Virus record (IMG/VR): IMGVR_UViG_3300037601_000119
Location: 1-41,197 of that record
Strand: one strand, 5' to 3'
Length of the DNA: 41,197 nt
Source of the DNA: a virus
Lineage: Duplodnaviria > Caudoviricetes
The position numbers and the translations under genes are program-made. Each line of letters begins with the position of its first letter. Position 1 is the first letter of the stretch. The notes under the pieces were generated by a model that saw nothing but the letters and a program-made list of their open reading frames with translations, was not told where the DNA came from and searched no databases. Below, piece by piece: positions 25,230 to 34,200 of the stretch.

Positions 25230-25730
25230 ATGTTGCGGATCCTCAACAAGGACCGGCTTCTGAGAAAGTTTCGGCGACTGCCCGGGGCTGTGCGCACCGC
25301 GGTCCGCGAGGCGCTGGAGCAAAGCGCCGACGAGCTGGTCGCCATGATGAAATCGCTCGTGCCGGTCGATGAAGGCGATCTTCGCGACAGCATCGGCTGG
25401 ACCTGGGGCAAACCCCCAAGCGGGACGATTTCCGTCGGTGAAGTGGCGGAAGCGTTTGGCGGCGAAGAATACCGCATCACGGTCTATGCCGGGAATGACA
25501 AGGCCTATCATGCGCGCTTCGTGGAATTCGGCACGCAGGCCGGCAAGCGCGGCGGGCGGGTTTCATCCCGCCGGTCACGGTCGGGAACGCGCAGGTCGCA
25601 CCGCACGCACCCGGGAACGGCCGCGCAGCCCTTCTTTTTCGTCTCCTATCGGGCGCTGAAGCGCCGGATCAAGGGCCGGATCACCCGCAAGGTGAACAAG
25701 GCCATCAAGAGGATTGCGAACGGTGGCTGA
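25230..25730 (+). CDS. HK97 gp10-family tail completion protein
   Basis: PVDEGDLRDSI, ARFVEFGT and AQPFF motifs. Confidence 0.9.
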   Translation: MLRILNKDRLLRKFRRLPGAVRTAVREALEQSADELVAMMKSLVPVDEGDLRDSIGWTWGKPPSGTISVGEVAEAFGGEEYRITVYAGNDKAYHARFVEFGTQAGKRGGRVSSRRSRSGTRRSHRTHPGTAAQPFFFVSYRALKRRIKGRITRKVNKAIKRIANGG

Positions 25731-26133
25731 CCCGGTCGATCTCCTGATCTATGACGCCGTGCGCGCCCGCCTCGAGGCCGACGCCGGCGTGCACGTGATC
25801 ATCGCCGACAAGGTCTATGGCGAGCCGCCTGCCGATGCGGTTCACCCTTATGTGACGGTCGTGAGCCCGCAGGTCGTCGACGACACGAATTCTTGCGCGG
25901 TGATCGAGCTCGTCGTCATCGAAATTCATTGCTGGTCCCGCGAGCCCGGCCGGATCGAAACGCAGCAAATGGCAGGCGCGGTGCGGGCCGCAATGCGGTC
26001 GGCACCGATCACCGTCACCGGTCACGACATCTCGCAGCAGAACCTGACGCAGGTGCGCTTTTCCGATGAGCCGGACGGGCTGACCACGCGCGCCATCGTG
26101 ATCTTCGAATTCGAGACGACGCCGACGAGCTGA
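25723..26133 (+). CDS. Tail terminator (DUF3168-like)
   Basis: KVYGEPP..A.HPYV, IHCWSR; position before the tail tube gene. Confidence 0.82.
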   Translation: MADPVDLLIYDAVRARLEADAGVHVIIADKVYGEPPADAVHPYVTVVSPQVVDDTNSCAVIELVVIEIHCWSREPGRIETQQMAGAVRAAMRSAPITVTGHDISQQNLTQVRFSDEPDGLTTRAIVIFEFETTPTS

Positions 26134-26213
26134 GTCCGAAGCCGCCCTGACCCGCGCCCTGGGCAAGCGCACTGGCGGCGAACATCGCCGTTTCCCTCAA
26201 CATGGAGCCCCTC

Positions 26214-26660
26214 ATGGCTATCGATCCGATCCCGACCGATACCGAGATCCTCGTGAAGTTCGGTGACGGTGCTTCGCCCGAGACGTTCGCGGTGAAGTGC
26301 AGCATCAATCTCGACCGTTCGATCTCGTTCTCGCAGCAATACGAGGAAGACGAACTTCCGGATTGTGACACGCCCACCAACCCGCATTCGATCCGCAGGC
26401 AAGTGCGTTCTATCGATCTGGTCATTACCGGCCAGGGCAAGGCCGATGCCACCGATCTCGACTTTCTCATCGACTGGTGGAAAGCCGGCGGCCAGAAGAA
26501 CGTCAAGGTTGAGATCGGCCCGTCGACGACTGGCCGCAGCATCACAGGCGCTTTCTACATTCAGCTCGAGCTCACTGGTCAGTCCAAGCGTGATGGTGAG
26601 TTCGGCATCACGCTTACTCCGGTCGACACGGGCGCGCTGGTCGTCGCGGATCTCGCGTGA
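26214..26660 (+). CDS. Major tail (tube) protein
   Basis: LVKFGDGASPETF...C and PDCDTP motifs of alphaproteobacterial tail tube proteins. Confidence 0.87.
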   Translation: MAIDPIPTDTEILVKFGDGASPETFAVKCSINLDRSISFSQQYEEDELPDCDTPTNPHSIRRQVRSIDLVITGQGKADATDLDFLIDWWKAGGQKNVKVEIGPSTTGRSITGAFYIQLELTGQSKRDGEFGITLTPVDTGALVVADLA

Positions 26661-27082
26661 GCCGGTCCGCGAAGATCACGCTCGATTTCGGAGACGGGAG
26701 TCACGACTTCCGTCTCCGTATCGGCGAGCTCATCGAGCTGCAGGAAAAGTGTGACGCCGGTCCCTTCTTCATCCTGTCGCGCATTCTCACGAAGCAGTGG
26801 CGCACGCAAGACGTGTCCGAGACCATCCGCCTCGGCCTTATCGGCGGCGGCCTGCGGCCTCCCGAGGCTCTGGCGCTGGTCACCCGCTACGTGTTCGACG
26901 TTCCGGACTGGCTGGAGAATGCGAAAGTCGCCGAGGCGATCTTGACCGCGGCCATACGCGGGGCGGAAGACGAACCGCCGAAGGATCGATCGGGAAAAGC
27001 GGCGGGGGAGGCGGAGACGGCGAGCCCGAACTCCCCCGAGGCAAATGGCGATGGGCCGGAGTCTTCGCCAGCGCAGCCGTAA
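26657..27082 (+). CDS. Tail assembly chaperone (gpG-like, GTA-type)
   Basis: FGDGSHDFRLRIGELIELQEKCDAGP...ETIRLGLIGGG; lies between the tube and tape measure genes. Confidence 0.88.
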   Translation: MSRSAKITLDFGDGSHDFRLRIGELIELQEKCDAGPFFILSRILTKQWRTQDVSETIRLGLIGGGLRPPEALALVTRYVFDVPDWLENAKVAEAILTAAIRGAEDEPPKDRSGKAAGEAETASPNSPEANGDGPESSPAQP

Positions 27083-27258
27083 TGGGGCTGCAGAACGTCG
27101 AGGCGATGAGCCTCTGGCAATACCGCCAGTCGGTCGATGGCTGGAACGCCGCGCACTCCACCGGAAAGGCGCGGCCCCCCACGCAGGAAGAGCATGAGCG
27201 CCGGGTCTTCGAATCCGCGCTGCGCGAGCTGAGGAGCAAGGAGCGAAATGGCGACTGA
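26992..27258 (+). CDS. gpT-like -1 frameshift extension of the tail chaperone
   Basis: In-frame slippery heptamer G GGA AAA at 26992-26998; the -1 frame reads ...VEAMSLWQYRQSVDGWNAAH to the stop at 27258. Confidence 0.85.
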   Translation, partial: GKSGGGGGDGEPELPRGKWRWAGVFASAAVMGLQNVEAMSLWQYRQSVDGWNAAHSTGKARPPTQEEHERRVFESALRELRSKERNGD

Positions 27259-29548
27259 TGTCGAACAGCTGCGCGCGCTCCTGACGGGCGATATCCGCCG
27301 ATACGAAGCGTCGATGAACAATGCGATGCGCGCGACCAATCGCGCCGCAGCGGGCATCGAACGCCGCTTCCAGCAGACCCAGCCGAACATCGCCCGGTCC
27401 ATGGCCGCGGTCGGCCGAACGGTGACGACGGCCTTCGCCGGTATTGCGACCGCGCTGGCGGTCCGCGAGGTCATCCAGGCCGGTGATGCCTGGACGCAGT
27501 TCGGGAACCAGCTGCGCTCGGTGGCGACCGATGTCGGGCGTCCCGTGGCGAGCCTCGACGAACTCGTCGACGTGGCCATGGAGACGCGCACGGCGCTCGG
27601 CGCCACGGTCGAGCTCTACACACGGATGGAACGTGCGGGCTCCCGTCTCGGCCGCACGCAAGAGGACATGGTCCGCATCACGCGGATCATCAACCAGGCA
27701 TTCCTCGCTGGGGGTGCGAGTGCCTCGGAGCAGGCCTCGGCCATCACGCAGCTCTCCCAGGCAATGGCCGCCGGCGCGCTGCAGGGCGACGAGCTGCGCT
27801 CCATCCGCGAAAATGCGCCCCTGCTTGCGCAGGCGATCGCCGACGCGATGGGCGTATCGGTCGGCGCGCTGCGCGACCTTGGCGCGGAAGGCGCCATCAC
27901 CGCCGATATCATGATGCGCGCCTTTGAAATGGCCGAAGGCCGGATCTCGGCACAGACGGAATCCATGGTCCTGACCGTCGAGCAGGCCATGACGAACCTC
28001 CGCACGGCGGCGCTTCAGGCCGTTGGCGGGGCAGACACGGCCGCTGGGGGCACGAGCCGCCTCGCTGAAGCGATCGACGATGTCGCGCAGACCATCCAGG
28101 ACAACCGCGAGGGAATTGAAGATTTCTTCCAGATGATGGTTACCGGCGCCCAAGCTGCGGTAACGGCGGTCGCGCGTCTGGCGGACTTTTTCTCTTTATC
28201 GAGCCAGGAAGCGGCAGACGGTATCCAAAGCGTCGCCAATGCCATCGAGTTGGGGCAGCTTACAGGCCGCCGCGAAATCGCTTCGCATTTGCGCGGCACG
28301 ATGAACGGTGAAGAATTCGGCGCAGCGCAAAGGCGGCTGAACCAGCTGTTCGAAACCGATTATCTTTACTCGGACCCGTCGCGTCTCGATACGCGGGGAA
28401 CACAGCAGCTTGTCGAGTATCTGCACGAAATCGCCGCTCGGTATCGAGATGCCGCTGAGGCGCGCCGCGAATTCGCAGACGAGAACGGTGATGGCGCTCG
28501 CACGCCAAGTGGCTCGGGAGCCGGATCTGGCAGCTTGCTTCCTGCGCGGCCAGAAACCGACGAGGCTCGCCGCGCCCGCCAGGCCCGCGACCGACTGGAG
28601 TTGACGCGCCAGATCGAGATCGCGGAGGCACAAGGCGATCAGAAGCGTCAACAGGCGCTGCAGAGCCAGCTCGATCTTTACAACCGCACGATCGAATACC
28701 AGGAAGCCGGCCTGGCCATGGCGCGTGAGCAGGCGATCGTCGACCAGGCGATCGTCGATGCCGCTGCCGAGGTCGAGCGTCACAAGGAAAACTATCTCGA
28801 GCAGCAAGAGCGGGCGGTCGAACTGGCCGAGGCGCAGCTGCAGCATGAACTGGCGATTGCGCAGGCGCTGGGCGATGACGCCCGGGTTCGCCAGCTGGAA
28901 CGTGAACTGTCGGTCCGCGAGCGCATCGCGGAACTGACCGGATCCGGCACAGACCCCGAAAAGGCGGCCGCCATCGCGAACCGCGAGGCCGATGCCCTCA
29001 TGCTGGCTGAGCGGCAGGGCGAATTCCGCGAGACCTTCCGCCGCACCTTCTCCGACGGCATCCTCGCGGCCCTGCAGCGCGATGAAGAGGTGTTCGCCCG
29101 CTGGGTGCGTGACGGCGCCACGCGCGGACTGGAGCAGGCCCTGAACCGCCTCGCCGACCAGTTGTTCGACCTGTTTTCGCAGATCGGCCAGAACGGCAAG
29201 GGCGGCGGGGGACTGCTCGGCGGTGTCGGCGGCTGGCTGGCCAATCTCATCACGGGCGGTCGCGGCGGCCCTCCCGCGATCGGCAAGTCACCCGTCAGCG
29301 CGAATTCGCCGGCGGTCACGTCGGCGCTTCCGCCGGCGTTTAACGTCCCGGTGCCGGTCGCGGCCGCCCCGGCCTCGTCCCCGATCATCGTCAACGAGTT
29401 TCACCTCCACGCAGAGGGCGCGGTGATGACGGACGAGCTGATGAACGAGTTTCAGGCCAAGGTCGATGAGTCCCGTTTCCAGACGCTGACGACCGTCCAG
29501 GGCGCAGCCGCAAAACAGGCGAAGTCCGCCCCCTACAAGCTGAGGTGA
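27248..29548 (+). CDS. Tape measure protein
   Basis: AITQLSQAMAAGALQGDELRSIRENAP tape-measure domain; long helical Ala-rich protein. Confidence 0.95.
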   Translation: MATDVEQLRALLTGDIRRYEASMNNAMRATNRAAAGIERRFQQTQPNIARSMAAVGRTVTTAFAGIATALAVREVIQAGDAWTQFGNQLRSVATDVGRPVASLDELVDVAMETRTALGATVELYTRMERAGSRLGRTQEDMVRITRIINQAFLAGGASASEQASAITQLSQAMAAGALQGDELRSIRENAPLLAQAIADAMGVSVGALRDLGAEGAITADIMMRAFEMAEGRISAQTESMVLTVEQAMTNLRTAALQAVGGADTAAGGTSRLAEAIDDVAQTIQDNREGIEDFFQMMVTGAQAAVTAVARLADFFSLSSQEAADGIQSVANAIELGQLTGRREIASHLRGTMNGEEFGAAQRRLNQLFETDYLYSDPSRLDTRGTQQLVEYLHEIAARYRDAAEARREFADENGDGARTPSGSGAGSGSLLPARPETDEARRARQARDRLELTRQIEIAEAQGDQKRQQALQSQLDLYNRTIEYQEAGLAMAREQAIVDQAIVDAAAEVERHKENYLEQQERAVELAEAQLQHELAIAQALGDDARVRQLERELSVRERIAELTGSGTDPEKAAAIANREADALMLAERQGEFRETFRRTFSDGILAALQRDEEVFARWVRDGATRGLEQALNRLADQLFDLFSQIGQNGKGGGGLLGGVGGWLANLITGGRGGPPAIGKSPVSANSPAVTSALPPAFNVPVPVAAAPASSPIIVNEFHLHAEGAVMTDELMNEFQAKVDESRFQTLTTVQGAAAKQAKSAPYKLR

Positions 29549-29552
29549 ACCG

Positions 29553-30158
29553 ATGGCACTGACCCTGCCGACCTGCCCCCCGGCGCGCCAGTTTTTCCCG
29601 CGGCTGGTTCAGAGCCGAAACGATCTGAACCCGGCCTTCGGCGGCCCGGACGCGCGCGAGGCGCGACTGGGCGGGCGGTGGGCCTTCGAGATCGAACTCG
29701 CCGCGATGGAATACGACACTTTCATGGACTGGTGCGACCTCGAGGCTGAGACCGACACGGTGGTCTGGCAGATCCCGCAGCCGGGTGTCACGACAAGCGG
29801 GGAGGGCACGCCCCGCGTGAAGGGGGCCGGACAGTCCGGCGACTCGCTCCTGGTCGACGGCATCACGGCGTCCTATGCGATCCAGAAGGGAAGATGGCTG
29901 TCCGTCATCACGAGCGGTCAGCGCTATCTCTACTGCGTGAAGACGGCCGTCACGGCCAATGGAAGCGGCGAAGCCCTTGTTCCGGTGAGGCCGCTGATCC
30001 GGTTTCAGCACGCCGACAATGACGTCGTCGAACTGGCCACGCCGAAGATTGAGGGGCTGGTCCGGTCCGGATCGGTCAACGGCGCGATCCTCAACCGGTA
30101 TCAGCGCCATGGCGGGCATCTGAAAGGCCTGAGCTTCACGATCACGGAGCGCGCGTGA
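29553..30158 (+). CDS. Putative distal tail protein
   Basis: Follows the tape measure gene; PAFGG...RLGGRWAFE and GTPRVKGAGQSG patterns. Confidence 0.65.
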   Translation: MALTLPTCPPARQFFPRLVQSRNDLNPAFGGPDAREARLGGRWAFEIELAAMEYDTFMDWCDLEAETDTVVWQIPQPGVTTSGEGTPRVKGAGQSGDSLLVDGITASYAIQKGRWLSVITSGQRYLYCVKTAVTANGSGEALVPVRPLIRFQHADNDVVELATPKIEGLVRSGSVNGAILNRYQRHGGHLKGLSFTITERA

Positions 30159-30817
30159 TGGATTCGGCGCTGATCGCGGAATTCGAGAAGGGTGGTTACC
30201 GGGTTTTCGAGGCCGTCCAGATCGAATGGGAGGCCGAAGACGCGCCGGTGATGCGCCTGGTCTCCGGCGGCTTCGTGACATTCTCGGTCGACGGATCGGA
30301 CGAAACTTTCATCGCGCGGGACACGATTTATGGCGTGCTCGGCAGCGTGTCGGCGTTTCGCGACGGCATCGAAGCGCAAGCGCCGCGCGGCGAAGTCACG
30401 CTGCTCGGCCCGTCCTCTGACGGCATCGGCTATATCAGCGCCGAGAAGTCGCAAGGCTCCCGCGTGCGCATCTGGAACGGCGCGGTCAACCCCTCGACCG
30501 GGGCGGTGGTCGGCGCGCCCGAACTGATCTTCGATGGTGAGTTCGACTATGCCGACATTCCGACCGGCGCGTCTTCGACGGGTTGGGTGCTGAATATCGG
30601 CACCCGCCAGGAACGCCAGCTCGAGCCGGACGCACAGCGCCGACTGACCGACGCCTATCACCAGTCGGTGTGGCCGGGCGAGCTTGGCTGCAAGAACGTC
30701 TCCGCCGTGAACCGCAAGATCTATTGGCGTCTGGCGACCCCGACCGGTGGTGTCGGCGGAGGGGGAGGCGGTGGCGGCGGGAACGGTGGCGGCGGCGGGA
30801 TCGTCGACCTTCTTTAG
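30158..30817 (+). CDS. Putative tail hub protein with a C-terminal poly-Gly tract
   Basis: Synteny; QGSRVRIW and HQSVWPGE patterns. Confidence 0.6.
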   Translation: MDSALIAEFEKGGYRVFEAVQIEWEAEDAPVMRLVSGGFVTFSVDGSDETFIARDTIYGVLGSVSAFRDGIEAQAPRGEVTLLGPSSDGIGYISAEKSQGSRVRIWNGAVNPSTGAVVGAPELIFDGEFDYADIPTGASSTGWVLNIGTRQERQLEPDAQRRLTDAYHQSVWPGELGCKNVSAVNRKIYWRLATPTGGVGGGGGGGGGNGGGGGIVDLL

Positions 30818-30830
30818 CGGATTTTCACGC

Positions 30831-31262
30831 ATGAACGAACTGATCAAGCGCCAGCGCGCTGCGCAGGCGTGTATCGACGCATTCCTGCACCGCCCCCTCA
30901 AGTTCGGCGTTCATGACTGTGTGCGGCTGGCGGCCTTCAACTGCCGCAAGCTCGGTATCGCCGTCCCGGACCTTAAGGGCCTGAAATACCGCACCGAGGC
31001 CGGGGCGGTGAAGGCGCTCAAGGCGCAGGGCTATGCCGACCTGATCGAGGCCGTGGACGCCATGGGCTTTGCACGCATCGCACCCGCCACGCGGTGGCCA
31101 GCGGATATTGTCGCGCTCCCGCCCGCCGAGGGCACGCCTTGGGGTGCGTCCCTGATGATTGCTGGCACTAACGGACGCCTCATAGGTCTTTCAAACGGCG
31201 TTTTTCACGTTGTCGAACCCGCTCAATTCGTCTGCGCCTGGCGCGTTCCTGCCGAAGGGTAA
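30831..31262 (+). CDS. NlpC/P60-like tail assembly protein
   Basis: FGVHDCVRLAA motif; position before the tail tip gene. Confidence 0.72.
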   Translation: MNELIKRQRAAQACIDAFLHRPLKFGVHDCVRLAAFNCRKLGIAVPDLKGLKYRTEAGAVKALKAQGYADLIEAVDAMGFARIAPATRWPADIVALPPAEGTPWGASLMIAGTNGRLIGLSNGVFHVVEPAQFVCAWRVPAEG

Positions 31263-31270
31263 TCCGACCT

Positions 31271-34200
31271 ATGGCTGATCCGATTTCCGGCGCGATAGCG
31301 GCCATCGTCACGGCTTCAGCGAGCGTGCTCACCGCAGGTTTTACGCAAAGCGTTGCTACGACTCTGACATCATTTGCGGTGCAAGCTGCCGGCACGGCCG
31401 TTCTCTCCACCGCGATCAACGCGGTGGTGCAGCCCTCGGTCGGCGCGGGCGGATCCCCGACACAGTGGCAGAGCGACACCGATTCCGGTGTGCCCTTCGT
31501 CATGGGCCGCCGCGCGATTGCCGGTCACGCCGTTCATATCGACGAGTGGGGCCCGGACAACCGCTATCTGTCGGTGGTCAACGTCTATTCCGGCGCGGGC
31601 CCGATCAAGGCATTCGGGGACTTCTACGCCGACGAGACGGTGGTCAGCTTCGGCGGTGCCTATAACAAGGTCTCCACCGGCTCCTACAAGGACGTGATGT
31701 GGATGGACCGGCGGATGGGGGCGCAGCCCGACACCGCGCTGGCCAGTCCGACCGACCCCGCTATCGCCGGCGCACTGCCGGGCTGGACGTCTTCCTACAA
31801 GCTGTCTGGCAAGGCCTCGTCCATGTGGACGCTCGCCCTCGACAAGGAGCGCAAGCGGTATCCCGCGGGGGCCCCGAAGCCCCTGCAGGTCATCGAAGGC
31901 ATTTACGGCTACGACCCGAGACTGGACAGCACCTATCCCGGCGGCTCCGGCTCGTGCCGTCTGAATGACCGGTCGACCTATGTCTGGATCGAGAACCCGA
32001 TCATCGGGGCGCTGAATTTTGCGATCGGTCTGCGGGAGAATGGCAAGGTCGTTGCCGGGATATCCGATGAAGACACGCCCAGCCTGAACGGCATCGACAC
32101 GGACGCCTTCATTACCTGCGCGAATGTCGCTGATGCCAATGGCTGGACGATCAGCGCGCACTGGACCTCCAAGGACGACAAGCACCAGGTCTACCTCGCC
32201 ATGCTGCAGGCGGGCGGGGCGAAGGACTGCACGGTCGCGGGCAAGCTCTCCTGCTATACGCGCGGTGCGCCGAAGACGAGCGTCGTCACGATCAGCGCCG
32301 CCGACACCGCCGGTCCGGTCGAGATCTCGACCGCGGCCCCGCGCATTGGCCGCGTCAACACCATCATCCCGCGCTGCGTCCTTGAGACGCACAAGTGGGA
32401 AATGACGCCGTGCGATGAGGTGTCGGTCGCGGCGCACATCACGACTGACCGGGCGAAGCGCTCGCGCGGCATGGATTATCCGTTCGTGCCCGACGCGGTG
32501 CAGGCGAGCCAGCTGGCGGGCCTCGACATTGAGGACAGCCGGGAGCCGATCACCGGGCGCATGCCGCTGAAGCGCTACATGCAGCAGCTGAAGCCGGGCG
32601 ATGCGTTCACGATCACCGAGCCCGGCTTTTCCCTCGACGGGTTGAAGGCCGTCGTGGTCGATCGGGAGATCGACACGGCGAGCGGGATCGTCACGATCAC
32701 CTTCCGGTCCGACACCGACGCGAAATACGACTTCGCACTCGGTCTCGACCCGACCCCGCCGACCTATCCCGAACTGACGCCGCCCGATCCGAATGACGTT
32801 CCGGCGGCATCGTCTGACGACTGGGATGTGACAGGCACCAGCGTCACCACGGGCAGCGGGCAGACGCTTGTCGGGCATCCGGCGCTGAGTGTGACGGGCG
32901 ACTTCGTGAACGAAGACGTCGCAAGCGCGGTGATCGAGTATCGCAAGGCGGCCGACAGCGCATGGATCTACCACGGCGAATTCGCGTCGGTGGCGGACTT
33001 CGAAACGCTGATCCAGCCGCTTTCGCCCGACACGATCTATGACGTGTCGATCCGTCTTCGAAACATCTTCGGCGTCCTGGGCGACGAGACCGATCGCCTG
33101 GTTATCGAAGACGTTCAGACCCCGCCTTTCTTCACGTCTGACGACAGCGTGAATTTGGGCGGCGTGCCGGCGGGCACGGTTCACCAGCGCGTGGAGCGCC
33201 TGATCGCGGGCCTCGGCGCGGTCGCGGCGGGGGTGCGCGTCGAGCAAGTCGAGCGCGCGACCGAGGACGGCGTCCTTCTCGCGTCCATCACCACGCTGTC
33301 CGGCGAGATCGATGACGTCGAGGGATCGATCGTTGATATCCTCGCGCTCGAGATCGATCCCGAAAGCGTGCTCGCGCTGGCCTTCACCGAGATCGACGGG
33401 CGGCTTGACGACGCCGAGGGCACGATCACCGACATTATCGCGCTCGAGATCGATCCCGGCTCGGTCCTGATCCAGCGTTTCGAGACGGTCGAGGGGCGCG
33501 TTGACGATACCGAGGGCTCGATCAGCGATATCATTTCGCTCGACCTTGATCCCGGCTCGGCGCTGCTCACCCGTTTCAGCGATATCGAGGCAAGCGTCGA
33601 GGACGTCGAGGGCGCGATCACCGAGGAGGCGAGCGTCCGCCTGACCGGAGATCAGGCCAATCTTGCGCTGATCGAGCGTTTGACGGCGGGCCTTGGCGCG
33701 ACCAGCGGCGCGCTGACCGTCGAGCGCACGGTCCGCGCGAGCGAGGACGCGCTGATTATCGCGGACGTGACCACGCTTGAGGGCCGGGTCGATGACGCCG
33801 AAGGCACGATCACCGATATCCTCTCGCTGTCGATCGATCCCGAGAGCGTCCTCGCGTCCTCGATCATCGATCTCGACGGGCGGCTCGACGATGCCGAGGC
33901 CGGGATCGTGGACATTCTGGCGCTCGATATCTCGCCTTCGTCCGCGCTCGCCCTGCGCTTTACCGATCTCGAGGCCGAGCTCGACCCGGAGGAGGGCGGT
34001 TCTTATGCCGCCGGCGTGCAATCGAGCCTCTCCGCGCTCGCCACGGCTGACGAGGTCGCGGCCGCCATTCGTGAACGCCTGATCGCGGAGACCGCCGCGG
34101 CCCGCGCGACGATGACGGCCGAGCGGCAAATCCGCATCACGGCGGAGGGCCTACTCGCGAGCGATATCAGCACGCTCGAGGGCGAGCTTGACGTTGAAGA

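Noticed and set aside
26657-27082. Gene transfer agent interpretation based on the GTA-like tail chaperone
   Set aside because: Integrase, repressor switch, replication genes and HNH/cos-type packaging indicate a genuine temperate phage.
31370-34129. 919-aa antisense ORF, and similar long antisense ORFs at 16585-18279, 20484-22166, 26579-28153 and 34619-35851
   Set aside because: These are shadows of high-GC coding on the opposite strand, with no motifs and complete overlap with clear structural genes.
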